Positions 1-13,706 are shown, counted from the stretch's first letter. The stretch is DNA of 64,000 nt from Anthoceros angustus (GCA_010909165.1 MU008178.1:942369-1006368), one strand, 5' to 3'. The notes: generated by a model not told the origin, from the sequence alone. Program-made: numbers and translations.

Positions 1-3000
1 GCAAAGGTTTCCTGGTTTTTCGGGTAGCCAGAAATACTTATATCCCCCTCAATATAACCTCCAGTTTTCCGTCCTGCCAGAACGTCCATCAAAGTAGTTT
101 TTCCAGCACCACTGACACCAACCAGTGCAGTAAGCACACCGGGCCTGAAGGCACCACTGACTTCATGAAGAAGCTGAAGCCTGTCTTCAGTGACACCTTG
201 TTGTTTCATTTCCTGCAGTCCAATCATGTTCAGCATGTTCCAAAGCGTAAGCATTTGAGATCATGAAATCCTGCACACAAAGCTCAGCGGCAAAGCCAAA
301 TGACTTACCAGGGGCATGTCCACAAAATAGCTCAACTTATGGAAAGCTATTGCAAGCGGCTGGAAAGGCAAAACCATTCCTCTCTTTGGAGCCAAGCCTG
401 TTGCCTCAGCAATTGCATCAAGGCGGTCTGATGCTGCAGTTGACACACTAGAACGCCTGATGGCGGCATCATTTCCTGTGTCATGGAAGTTGAGGCTGAG
501 TAACACAGCACCACGATCTAGCAACGACATCACCACCTCAAAGACAGTTCACTTACCATTCACATGCTCAGACAGCGATATTCTGTGCTCAGGTATTTCA
601 ATATTGGGCAATTCTCCGCCAGTCAGGTTTGCTCGTTTCTCCTCAAGCACCTCTTCGGAAATGATTGCTTGAGGCTTCCCCAGGGCTGTATATCAACCAC
701 AAATGGATCGAAGTTAAGTACATGGCAACAAAGTAGCGCACATTTTTAACCTGTAACCAAATGTGTTGTCAAACGCACACATATGAATACTTACGGTTCA
801 AGTAAGTGAGTGCCCAAATGAACAAGACGTTGAAGAAGACCATAAAACCAATGAGAGCACAAACTCCCGTCCAATACCAACTACTTTCTGCAAAGATCCC
901 ACGGCTCTTGAGGACGTGTATGCCAACTGTGGACCCATTGTATGGCTGCAATTTACAAGAGCAGCTTAGGTGAGTCCATGGGTCCAAGGAACTCCCAGAG
1001 AGGGGAAGCGAAGTTGAGACACAAGAGTTCATGCCTTACCGTCTGCCAGCGTGGTGCAAAAAACTCGTTCACAGCCACAGCATTTTGGCCATAAGTTAGA
1101 GGAGAGATCCAATATCCCCAGATCCACCATGGATGGATGTTTTCTGTGAGCATAATACACGTCAGGTCACTGCATGAACTCTACAAATCATCTCAAGGAG
1201 AACAGAATCAAAATAAGACACCCAACCCACTCTGTACCTCTGGATACGATGAAACCACCCAGGACAAAGACGACCAGGAGCGCAAATGAGCCCCATGTGT
1301 TTGCAATGATCATGGTGCGACCCATGGAAGCAATAAATCGGAAAAGCCCTAGCGACATTTGATGAACCCAGAAAAATAGGAACCATTGGCGGAAGAACCT
1401 GCGGATGCACCACAGCACATGCAAGAGATGAAAGTAGTCAGAGAGCAGCGTCTGGAGGGACGTGTAGGGAAACTTGCGAAAGTTGGGCGCAACATACCTT
1501 GTTGCTTCAGGTGCATATCCGATGGTGTAGTAGGTTAGAATGATCCAAATGGTCGACTCGAAAGCCGAAAGGGGAACCTTCAGAAGGAAGGCAGGCAGCC
1601 CAAAAGCCCAAGCGGGATAAAGGTACAAGTCTCTTTGCTTGAAAAAGACAGGGAGCCTGACAATGGTCATCGATAGTTCCGCAAAGCCATTGAACATGAC
1701 GTTAATCAAGCCAAAAAACAGAGCCCCCATGTAAAGGTTTCCATCATCCACATTCCTGTGATGCATCTCTGTCCGAAGGAAAACCGTGACAGTAATGGTG
1801 GCCACAATAGATATCTGCCACAACCGAGTGCCAGCAGTGAGGTCAGGGATGCAAAATGGATAGAACCCTTCGTCAAATGCTACTCGACTGATGAGAAGGA
1901 CTTGCCTACCTGGACTGTCTTGAAGACATATATAAAGGAGTTGCGCTTCACCAGAAGCGCCTCCCTGTCCAAGCAGGCCTTGAACAGTTCCCAATTGTTC
2001 AGGGCATATTTCTGCTTGACCAAAGCAGCAGGGTGGCTTCTGGTTTTGTCATAGGAAACCTCCATTTCCTCTTGCAACCTCTGTCCGACATGGAACTTCC
2101 TGAAAGCAGCTGCAAACTCTTTCACGGACACGTAGACATAGGGTTTGCTTTTGTCAGCCCAGTACTGCTGTTGATCCTTCCTGGAGGTGACCTGTATGCA
2201 AAGGAAAGATTGTAGGTGCAAAGCAGGATTGTGAAGGAAGAGAACGGAGCGGGGTCCATGACCCGGGCTGCATTTCTAGGCATTCGCGAAGTGGACGGAA
2301 AGAATGGACAGGATTTACCTCCTGCAGGAAGTCTGCCACTCCCTTCCTGTCCGGACACTTGAAACCCGTTGCCTCGAAGAAGTCGAGGACCAAATCACAG
2401 GGTCCGTGGTAGACGACATATCCCTCAGACAGAAGTATGAGATCATCGAACAATTCAAAGGTCTCTGGAGCAGGCTGAAGCAGAGACACCACCATGGTCC
2501 CATTGTAAAAGTGCACGAATTGGCGCAGGCACTTGACGATCTGGAAAGTGGTGGAACTATCCAGCCCAGTTGAGATCTCGTCCATAAACATGGCCCTGGC
2601 AGGGCCCACTGTCATTTCCCCTGTAATAAAAACATGGAAGCTTTGAGCAGGAGGCCACAGTAGGAGCTGAAAGAATGTCAAGAACTGGAAAGTAGCAAGA
2701 GGAGCCAACCAGTAGTGACACGTTTCCGCTGGCCTCCCGAGATTCCCCTTCTCATCTCATCTCCGACTAGGGTATCCGCACAGATGTCGAGCCCCAGAAT
2801 CTGTGGCCCGATGCATGTAAGTGTGAGGCCATTGCCAATTCACACAGGAAGAGGGAGGCGCAAGAGGCGAGGCGGTGTGGTGCTGTACCTTGAGAATGTA
2901 GTCCGTGACAACACTGGTTTCCTGACCTTGTACGGCCGCGGCCTGGTTGGGCAAGGCAAAAAGAAGAGAAGGATTAGAGGGTCCAGACAGGAGGAACCCG

Positions 3001-4443
3001 CAACGAGCTGGGAAAATGGCAAGCAGCACACCTTCATAAAGGCGTCCACGGTCGCATCCGGCTTGATGCCTTGCTCCTTCTCTCGTCTCGAAAGCTCCAC
3101 GAGCAAGTCTGCAAGAAAGGCGGCAGCAGGCATTTGTACGAAGTTGAGAGAAGGAGAAGCTTGACGAATGTCCAAAAGAAATTGGAGAGAGGGAGAGAGG
3201 GACGTGATGTCGGGTACCGTATCTGGAGCCGACACCCTGACATCGGCCGTAGAAATCTAGAGTCTCTCTGACAGTCATCTCCCCGATCTGCAAATCATGC
3301 TGACTGATGTACGCAGAGGTTCTCTGCGGGACAAATTCGTTCAACTGGTGGCCGTTGTATGTCACTACCCCGTCCGTCTGCATTGAACCATTGGACGGGA
3401 GGGAGTTAAGACCAAGGGAAGGGAGCGGAGTGTGACAGTTGTACCGATGCAGTTCCTGTGACTGTTGAATACCTTAAGGTCGTCATCCAGCTTCCCGGAG
3501 AGAGCCTTGAGGAAGGTGGTTTTCCCGGCGTTAGGTGGCCCCAGAAGCAACGTCATCCTGCAGGCAGTGCAGATTTAGCGGATGGATGGAGCAGCGGCAG
3601 ACGAGAGCAGAGCCGACGGAAGGACTAGATACCTGGCTGGCTTGATAACCCCGGAAACTTCCTGCAAAATGTGCAGAGTCCGCTTCTTGGCAGGCGACAA
3701 GCCCACCATCCCCAGAACATCCTGCAGCAATGGGAATTCATTCCGTCACGCCGGCGCTGTTGCAGCTACGCTGGTGGAGAGAGGTTGGCAGGAAGTGGAG
3801 CAGGAATTTGGTACCTCGAGGACGTTGACGACGTAGTTGAGGAGGGTGGGCAGCGCCCGCTGCCCCACGTACACGTTGGCCTCCACATTCAAGTTCTCGT
3901 AGCGCACCTCGATGGTGGGCAGCTCGATGCCGACTCTGGAGGAGGGAGCGAAGGAGCAGGTGCATGAACTGCTGTTAGGAAGCGGAGGAGGAGGAGAAGG
4001 AAGGGAAGGGGAGAGAAGAGAAGAGAAGAGAAGAGGAAAGGAGAGGAAAACAAAAAAAGAAAAAAAAGGAGGGAATTGGGAAGGGGAACTAACAAGTCCA
4101 GCCTCTCCCGCACGTTCTTGAGGAAGCGCTCATTGTCCTCCTCCGTGACCTGCAGCAGCTTGTCGATGAGGGCCTGGCGGTCCTGCGTCCCGAGCTTGGT
4201 GACATCAATCTCCTCGTGCAGGACGTTGCCGTCATGCACGTTCTTGATGATGGCGGTGCGAATGCGGTCGTAGGTGGGCAGCTTCTCGAGCGCGGCCCAG
4301 CGCAGCGCCTCCTCATCGTCCGCCTCCTGGCGGCCGGTGGAGGAGCGGGAGAAGACGGTGTCCCCAGCCCAGCCGCCGGAGTAGCGCCCGCTGATCCTGC
4401 CGGAGCGGAACACCTCGCCGTCCAGCGGCACGGAGGCGGCCAT
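1..4443 (-). CDS. ABCG: Full-size ABCG (PDR-type) ABC transporter, multi-exon; 3' part lies beyond the window start
   Basis: Exon translations give [19 protein letters not shown], Walker [13 protein letters not shown], signature [28 protein letters not shown]1 [16 protein letters not shown] and [13 protein letters not shown]2 starts near the left edge ([37 protein letters not shown]). GT-AG introns. Confidence 0.96.
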
Positions 4444-6754
4444 CCCGCCTGCGCCCTATCTCAGCAGCAGCACCCGGCGGCCTTGGTTGCGCAATGCCGG
4501 GCCGGTACCGAGACAGAGACCGAGACCGAGAGCGGGCGTGGTGGAAGACGCAGCGGGCCGCGCAGCGACCAGCATCAATCCGCCCTTCCTGCCTTCTCCA
4601 AATCACAACCCACGAATAACTCCGGGGCTTGCTCGCAAGCCACCAGCAATTGTTCCCCTTGCTCCCGCTGCAGCTGTAGCTGCAGCTGCGGGTGCGAGGT
4701 GGGCAGTGGGTGACGATGAATTGCGCCGGCCCGGCGTCACGTGAGCGCCAAGGCCCCCCTGCCTCCCCTCTCCTCTGCCGAGAGCTCCCGGCGGTCCCTC
4801 CGAGCAGCGGGAGTGGCAATGGAGGGGAGAGCGTTGCGTTGCCTTCGTGGGGCTCTTGTTCCGTCCCCGTGGCTGGGTGCTGGGTGGGTTCCCTACAGGA
4901 TGCGGGACCTGCTTCATATATAACGGGTCTGTACTTACTCCGGGCTACCCGGAAGGAAGGCGCCCGGATGGGATCCACGTTCCCGGAGGGTACCTGGTGA
5001 AGGTGGGGGACCCCTTCAGGGCTGTGGCCTATGGCAGGCCCAGCTGTGGTTCTAGAAGGGCAGGCATCGCCCGACACGTGGCCTAACTCGTCCACCCTAC
5101 GATTGACCCATAAGGCTGGGGCTGCGGCTGGGGCTGCGGCTGGCTGCGGATTGGAATTTGGAACTCCCCGTTTGGAAGCTCATGGAAGCGCTGCATGCTG
5201 TACTGCTGTACGGGCCTCCCAACTCCAACCCAACGGCAACCGCAACGGCCAGAGGTGGGAGCGTGTGGGAAACGACTTCGACTTCGACTTCCACTTCCAC
5301 TTCCACTTCGTGCCCTTTCCCTCCTTCCCTCTGCTGTTTGGAAAACGGGTGCAAACAAACAGACGAGAGACAAGACGGAGACCAGCAGCAGACGGGCACC
5401 GGCACCGGCAGTGCCGGTCGTCACCACCCGCGACTTGACTTGTGTCGGTATGGAGACGCCAATCTCGCTGCCGGTCACCCATCCTTTGACCCATCCGCTC
5501 CCGGCTCCCGGCTCCCGGCTCCCGGCGTGGCAGCCCAACAGCCTTCTTCCCTTCCTCGCCATCCGGATTTTCGTCAGTTTTCCAACTCCTGTGCCCGTCG
5601 CGCTCGCCACGCAGGAGCCACGAAGCCATCCCCAGGTTGCGCGAGCCATTCCGGAGCCCTTCCTCCGCAAACCCCTTCCCCTTCCGCCCATTCTTGCTTG
5701 TTGCTTACGCTCCACGAGACTCACTGCACTGCACGTTTTTAGTGCACACTTTTAGCGCACATTTCTAGTGCACACGCATCTCTGGTGGACACTTTTACTG
5801 CACATTTGAAAGAGATTGACAAAACTGCCGGGGAACCATTGTGTCGGACCACTCGCACCATATTTGTAAGTGATGAACCCTTCGACGAGTCGCCATGTTG
5901 TTCTTTCTCCGGTGTTCTTGAGAAAAGGCTATGTGTACCTCTTACTCTCCTTATCTTGTTCTTTCCGTGGTGTCTTGAAAAAGACTATGTTTACTTCTGG
6001 TACTATACCAAAGATATAAAAATAATATTTTATAATTATGCTTGAATAAATACATAAGTTGTGAGGTTCGGAGTGAGTCCATATCCTCCATGACCAAAGG
6101 AATCGGGAAGGATTGGAATTTTATCCAAGGCAAGGCAAAGTGGGATATGATATGCTCTAGGTATGTTGTACACATGTACAATGTATTTACATGTGGATAT
6201 ATATATACAAAATATGGACCTGGAGAAAATGGCATGTAACTTTGGTGCTATGTTCGTATGTATGGATGTCCTGCCACGGCGGGGAGACAGCCCTGCGAAG
6301 ATGCGGCAGTTTGCGCAGGTCAGGGCCCGGCAACATAGGCATCAGATTCCAGCTCCGCATGGCTGGGGCCAGAGTCTGGGAGGTTGCGCACAGGCCGTGC
6401 AAGTGAAGCCGGTCAGATATGACTAAGAAATTGCGAGTTGGGAGCCGCCTCAAAGCTTGCCCTCCACACAAGTATGTACGATCGACCTTCCACAAGCTTC
6501 CAATAACTTGTGATTCTGGGCTGAATTTGGGTTTCGTCAATTCAATGACAGCCGACAGGCAAGTGCAAGCATGTACCCGCCCTGCCCCACCGAGTTCCAC
6601 CTCGCATGACAGTATCAACAACCAGGCAGGCCGGCACCGGACTAGACTAATAATGACGTGCGCCACCAACAACCTTCGTGACGCACATCGCAGCCAAGGG
6701 TTAAGCGTCCAGCCTGCCTAACACCGTCACTGCACGTTCGTGCCAACCAAGTAC

Positions 6755-6860
6755 AGAAACAAGAACAAGTGTATCATAGTCCACTTGGATGGAATTTCTC
6801 CTATCATGGGACTGGGTACTTGGCTACTAAGGGCATCCACTCCCTCTAGGCACCTCATCT
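6755..6860 (-). mobile_element. Diverged 3' end of a dispersed non-LTR-like repeat family
   Basis: TGTATCATAGTCCACTTGGA...TCATGGGACT.GGTACTT...AAGGGCATCCAC matches 63891-64000 and the reverse complement of 43400-43520. Confidence 0.55.
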
Positions 6861-7045
6861 CAGTACCGATCGAAACGCAGGAAGTACATAAATATTCCGC
6901 CTGTTGCTTCGCCATGACCATCAAAAGCATCCTGTGACGGCCCTGATGCATTGGAGTAAGCACCGCGCTTGTACAACTCCACTAGATTTTGCCTGATCTC
7001 AAGTACACCTCGTTACCGCCTAGACTGTGAAACCCAGACATGAGA

Positions 7046-10000
7046 TTATCCACGTTCTCGTTCCCGGGTCTCATTCCAATCAGCAGCCTGCATTCACCGC
7101 AGTAAAAGTAAAGCGCTCAGCATGACGAACAAGAGAGCTGAGATGCAGTGACGGGGGAGGTGACAAGCATGCACCTCCACCAGGCCATTCCTGTCGCTGT
7201 CAAACATGCGGAATAACAGGTCCAGCTCCCTCTGCGCACCAAACACACCCAGCCAGACATGTTTCAGCCAATCACCGGGCAGTGCAGTGGCTCTCATCAC
7301 CTTTCTCAGGGGCCGGAGAGAACATGTCTTACTTTGCGCATGAACCGGGAAGCCGGATGATCACGAATTATGCGACGGAACTCCTCTGGGGACACCGGTC
7401 TACCAGCGACTGACAACCCACAAGCCCAGCTCAAGCTACCACCGTCTCATTGCCATAATTCACGCAATACCCACGACGCACAAACACACACCTCCACGAG
7501 CTATCGACTGGAAGATCTCATCGATGTCGTCCAAGTTCTTGAGGAGGTCACGCAAAGCCGACAGTTCCTGAACGCGGAACATGTCTCGTTGTCAACCCAG
7601 CTTATGCGAAATAGCCCAAACACTGCTTACTACCGTACCTGTTTGCGCTTGATGTCAGCAAACTTGGGCAAAAAACGGTAGATGAAAACCAGGCCCACGC
7701 AAACTGTCAACGATGCCGTCGCAGCAATTCCCAACACCGCGTAGAAGACATCTGGATGGGCTTCCAACCCACTGACGGCAACCACAATGTCCACATCAAT
7801 ACCTTCACACAAATTTGTGAGATAAATAAGACAGGCAAAGGCTGCCAGTTTCATAGCCACACACCATTACCTTATAAGATTCATGCCGAAGAAGTTGGCG
7901 GGAACCGTTGCACTGCACACATCACTCCTTCAAATGCCAAATTCCTGAAAGAACATGCATGCATACTAGTCCAACAAAACTACTATGCTTCCAACAAACA
8001 AACATGCACAACAGCCAATAGGGAATCGCCACATACACAGCCAATGACACAGTTGCAATGCTTATCATCAAATTCATCCTCATGATGCGGTTGCGGGTTG
8101 CATCCAATCCCAGCTCCCAAACCTGTGATCAAAAGATATTATCCGCATGCCACTATACAAACCGTTGTATACAGTGCTGTAAAACAGTTGTCTGAAAACC
8201 TATTGAGCAACATACCTCTACAGCGGCATCCATATCCTTCTTTAGCTCTTCCAGAACACCCCCAGCATCATCAATCTGTTGTCAGAACGGACTTAATGGA
8301 CAAAGCCCGGGAGACTGTTTTCCCCCAATCTACCAAACCAAACACTGTAACTTTTGTGAATTACCTCTCGCAAGTAGGTAATAAGCATATCGGCAGCTGC
8401 CTGTCGTATCTTTCTCTCGTGGCCCTCACGCTCCTCTAAAGTCGCCATGTTGGCCATCTCTGCAACATTTTGCACCCGCGTCTTTTCAGTAAACGTTTCT
8501 CAACACAACTGGTTATGTCTTCACAATTACGTTTCTCTTGCAGTTCCAGCCATCCAGGACAAGCTGAGAATGGTACCTGGCCCTGGAACGGAACACAAGG
8601 CCTCCAGAATGTCATCGCTGCTTAGGACCTGGTACATGACACACAGGGTACCTCAGGGTCAGCAACACAGTAAACAGGTGTCAACGCCACAACGCTGACA
8701 GGGTTTGAATATCCAGGATGAGAGCTAACGCCTCTTCATGAACTAGGAACCACAAGTCTCAACTACTAGGTTGACCTGGTCCATGGCATCGTGGATGTCT
8801 CGCACATCATGCTCCACCTCCGTAATCGCACGCTTCAGTGGAAGCAACCTCTGCAGCCTGCAATCAGGTCCGGGAACTCATCATTGGTTAACAGGAATTA
8901 CGACATTCAGAACAAATAATGGTCTACCTTCCTGACTTGGGAGTTTGCAGGCATGCAGTCCAATTGACATTACCCGCCCATGTTGACATCATTCGTGAGC
9001 TCCTCAAGCATTTTCTCCCCGACAACCTTCAGTCTTTCAACATACAAGACATCAACACAAACACACACAAAATGACACAGATGAGTGGAGGGATCAAGCA
9101 GTTTTCCAGGCTTACCTTTCCACCTTTTGGTGAAAGTATTTGCTGGTCTCTTCTAGTAGGCATTCAATGATCCTGAGGTGGAACGGCATTGGCTCCAATG
9201 GTGCAGGAGGCATAACGTTGGCCTGCTCTGCAATGACTGAGGCAAAGGCTTGTTTTGCTCTGCACAAACATCCCACCAAGATTATGTACAAGCACTGGGG
9301 CATTTCTCCAGGTCTGTAATGTCCAATGTCCATAACCATCCACCACCTCAAGCAGTTGATCGCACCTTTCCAGTGTTTCAGGATTCCGTAGCTGTGTCTC
9401 GAGGTCTGCACCGTCCGACAAAATGGGATTCAATCCTCGAAACTTTGAGGTACTGCTAACACGAACATTTTGTGTCACCTTTTCCACTAAAAAACCCTAA
9501 AGACTTGCAAGCTATGCTACTGTCTAGCCTTGAGATCACAGTTGATGCCACCTACATGTGTTACTCAGTATCGATAGAAGATGACAACGAAAGAAAGAAA
9601 GAAAGAACGAAAGACCTCTGCAACAAGCTACCAACCACACTGATTTTATGTCAAGAAGTACCGGGGTCGAGATGCATCGAACAGCAAGGCATGGTCCCGA
9701 CTAACTAGAGCCCTGACGTTCTCCAGCCTCATAATCACCTGGGTTTCACGGCACCACCATCAGTGCAAGCGCGGTCACATCACAAACAATTAACCTCTGC
9801 AACAGATCAACAAACAGGCCACCTTGAAGTTCTGTACTGCAATGGTAGCACGCTTCGGGATGAACGAACTGCTGACCAGCAAATCCAAGTCTCGGGGATG
9901 AATGCCCTGCACAAGGCGTGGGTCAGCTATGCCGAGAGAGAAGGGAAAACGAACCAGTCCTTTGTCATCTTATGTGATGAATTACCAGATCTACAGAGCT

Positions 10001-10504
10001 GACAAGTCGTGGATTGCAACTGCCGTTGCTGTCGATGTCTATCACGGAATATTTGGTGCCCACGTCCAATAGAGTGTGCTCGAAGTCGTTGAGCTTTTTC
10101 TTGCGTTCCCCATTTTGTTCGTCATCATCCTCTCCGCCCGATCTGTCGTTGCTCATCCAGCGTCTCGGGATGGACACAGGCGTTTGTCCATGTGCCTTCT
10201 CCGCAATTCGCAAGACATAGTGCACTGTTCCAAAAACACTTCGTCCAGCTCCTGGAAAAGCTGGAGCAGCATCCTTCAGCAGAGTGTAGTCAGCTGAGAT
10301 ACAACCTGAACTCTGACTAGGCCAGAACGACGCCCTCTCGTGCGCCCAGCGGTCCTGAGTGTAACATGTAAGGCATCTCGACGCTGAGCCAGGTTGCTGT
10401 CTTCTGCCAACGGAGAAGAGTTCCTCGGGATTGCACCATGACAGGAGCCTCAACGCACGCAAACTTCTGCCACTACGAGCCTTCTCACGCAACACGGATC
10501 TCAT
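7046..10504 (-). CDS. MRS2: MRS2/CorA-family Mg2+ channel with probable N-terminal organellar transit peptide and C-terminal EF-hand extension, multi-exon
   Basis: Exons give GIHPRDLDLL, PMPFHLRIIECLLEE, LQRLLPLKR, LDATRNRIMRMNL, the signature ANFFGMNL (~7873-7905) and TM2. Four further in-frame exons follow (7567-7492, 7409-7333, 7231-7175, 7087-7046), ending in TAA. N-terminus is Arg/Ser-rich. Confidence 0.9.
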
Positions 10505-10739
10505 CGTCGCAGAAACTGTCTGCCAAAAACTCGTGCCTCATGACAAGCTTGCACCCACAAACAGCGCATCCGAGAACTTGAGGATTTCGCACACCGGCCC
10601 GAAACGACCTCCAACTGCCGAGGGCATCTCGCTGATGCGATCCGACCAGGACGGAAGACTCACCCGTCCCGGCGAACTCTGCTCCAAGGTCTCGCTAATC
10701 GAAGACGGACTGGCGCACCAATGGATGGTTGCTACTGGC

Positions 10740-13259
10740 CTAAGCGTATTCCCCGGAGCCAGCTAATTGATTGACCGTCCGATAGACACGGAACCCTCGA
10801 AGCTCGTCCAGTAGAAGGGTGTGCGTAGTACGCCAAGCACGACAAGCGTTATGGAGGCCTGGAAAGTGGAAGAAGACGACCAACTGGACACAGTTGTACC
10901 ACAGAAATCTCTGCACCCCGCTTTCATGAGCCCATTGAAAGGGCCTGAACAGGAACATGTAAAAGGTGGCAACATTCAGAACCATGAAAGCTGCTCCCAT
11001 GAGGAAGTACGCCAAGCCTCCCCACCTCTTTCCTGCATGGGTGTGCAGGAAAGCTATGTAGAAAGGGACAGTAAAGTATCTGAACTCTACCAGAGGGGCA
11101 GGAATCAGGGCCGCTGCCACTCCTAGAACGAAGACCAGAACCCATAGTCTGCTCTTCGTCTTCCCTGCAGCACAAGAGAGAATATAAGGAACCGCATCTC
11201 AGAAAAAGCTCCTTTCAGCTGATTCGATTTGCGCCAGCTTACCAAGGTGATGGGTGATGGCACTCCACGACAAGACGTAGGCAGGAATCAACAGATACTT
11301 GACACTCCAGTGTGCGCCAAACAACTTCTTCCATATGTAAAAGGTGTAGTGCCGATTGTCAGCCAATAGATATGGATGTGCATAGCTGCAGAGAAAAAGT
11401 GACACCCAGTATTAACTAGAGCAGCTGAGCCCTACCATTCTACCTGCCCCAACTGCAAAAACGTGATGCAGGAAGGTGATCAAAGGTTACGTGAAGAAGT
11501 GAACCGAACACAAGGCTGCAACACATGCCAAAGTGCAACAAAAATAGGACTTGCTGCTCCATCCATGCTTCAGTCCTCCCGGAAAGAGAATGTATACAGG
11601 TGTAAGAACCGTTGCTGTCATCAGGCCAAAATACAGGAGCTGTGGGAAGTGCGGTGATACTTTGTGAGCTTCTTTTGCACCTGCAAAATGACAGAAGATC
11701 GGTTACTGTGCTGCAAGAGTAAAGCAAGACCCCGAAGGTGTCCAGGGTTTAACAATCTAGCCAAGAGTACAGACAGCCCCCACCAGGACACTTACCAACA
11801 ACAATGCCTCCATTATAGATGACATATACTATGAAGGATGCTATGACGGCCACCAGTGGAAAGAAGTTCAGAAAGACTTCGTTCCTCTTCAGCCATGTTA
11901 GCCGTGCCATACACCATGCCTCCAAGACTAACTCTGCAAGAAAATGAGTGTTCAAGGGACTTGCAAAGATCCAGTTTTTGAGTTGACCAATACGAGTGTT
12001 ACCCACCTTCAACTTCTCTGGCCAAGCTCTTTTCAGAAATTGCGTGCACCACAAACTGGCCTGATGAGGACAATGAAACCTTTGACTCAAGTGATTCTGC
12101 TCTTCTTCTTCTCAATCTGGCAGAGGCTACGGGGACATTCAACACGCTGGGCAGGGGCTCAATGCTGGGAACCACCTCGCCTTCCGCCTTTGCAGTTGGT
12201 GAGATATCAAGCATGTCTAGCAGACCCGTACAAGTTGCAAATACTACCCAGACAACATTTGTTTGTCTAAATATAATGGCAATGGCTCCAAGCTGCACAA
12301 GCCACTGGACTCTTTAGTCACTGCAGAGCAAAGGAGACACCACACGATTACAGCTGCACAAGTCATGCCACTCTTCTCTCCTCTAGCACAGAACTAACCT
12401 CCATGGAAATCATGGTGGAGGGGATAGCAACTCCAGACCACCCACCAGCGCACTGACCCAAAACGATCTTCGAAGAGAAGCCAAGTACATGGCCATAACA
12501 GCGGTGGTCGAGCCAACATCAGTGTAGTACAGGAACATGAAGAACCACTGGAGAGGATATAACGCCATCACCACAGCTTTCGCAGATGCTCTCCAACTAC
12601 ATATTCCAGGTTCAATCTGCTTTACAATCTTCTGGAATAGAATACAGCAAACCAAACCTAGAAGAACATTCACTGAGCGAAGCACAGCTGAAGAACACAG
12701 TGCCGGCAAATTCACAGCCATATTCGTCCACCAAGCCAGAGGCAGAACAGTTGCTGCGAATCCCAAGGAGAAAATGTACCTGCTAGAGGACACCCTCATT
12801 AACAAGCAATCCTGGAGACTCCGAGCAGAACAATTACTAAGATAATCACATAATTTTACAAGAGAGTGGTAGAGGGGAATACAAGCCAGGGAAGGTGGTG
12901 ATCATGGGATCCCAGCTCCAAATTTCCCCCCTACAATACCGCTGCGCTTGCGGAATATGGAAAATTTCGTCCTGTGAAGCACCAACCACTTGTCAGAGTG
13001 ATCCTAAACCACTAGGGAAGCTCCTCCAAGTTGCAAAGAGCTCGTAAGTCGTAACTAACAGATGGCAGCAAAATCAAAAGATGGCGGCGAAATCGTTGTT
13101 CGAAACTGTTTCACGAACCATGTACGGCTCTGGGACGACAAGGTTGACAAGCACGGCGGGTACCAAACAGACAACAACAGGCACCAGGATCAGCGCGAAG
13201 GCTGCAATCCATGAACGATGCGATGGACCAATCCTGCACGCATCCCTCATCATTTTCAT
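10740..13259 (-). CDS. ALG10: Dol-P-Glc:Glc2Man9GlcNAc2-PP-Dol alpha-1,2-glucosyltransferase (ALG10/DIE2), multi-exon; 3' end uncertain
   Basis: [93 protein letters not shown]...QRFLW. Confidence 0.93.
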
Positions 13260-13348
13260 CGGATCGGAAGCTGGTGCTCACTGCTCCATAGTCTGCTTCT
13301 CGCGCTGCCTTCTTACACGGGTTAAGGGTTTGAGTGAACAAGTAAAAA

Positions 13349-13706
13349 CATCTTCTTTCTCTTATCTGCTTTACGTTTTCCAAAGCCCTTGACAAGCAAA
13401 TAAGGATGGAGGTCTTAGCGTCAGCAAGCCGATCAAGGCTGCAGTGAGAAAGGCTTGACGAATGAAGGCAAAGACGTAAAAGCATAGTTGGCAAAAACAA
13501 CTATAAGCCCTTTCTTCTCGTCGCCCCATTCTCTTGGATTTATAGCGAAAAGAAAGCGCGTCATCAATGGCCGGTGTGCCATGTGGGTCAAGAGCTTTGG
13601 TTTCTGGTTGACGTCATGAATACTCGTAGATGGAGAAACAAGTAGCGCATCCTTATCTCCTTGTCAAGGGCTTTGGACAACGTAAAGCAGATCAGAGAAA
13701 GTGATG
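13349..13706. repeat. ~60-bp imperfect inverted repeat pair (MITE/foldback-like) just upstream of ALG10
   Basis: 13349-13408 CATCTTCTTTCTCTTATCTGCTTTACGTTTTCCAAAGCCCTTGACAAGCAAATAAGGATG is near reverse-complementary to 13648-13706. Confidence 0.75.

Noticed and set aside
4444-5760. Long overlapping ORFs on both strands upstream of the first ABCG
   Set aside because: GC-rich promoter/UTR with hexamer repeats and few stop codons; no recognisable domain.
6191-6721. Frame with faint LINE ORF1-like wording (GNIGIRF...DMTKK)
   Set aside because: Similarity too weak to support without a profile search.
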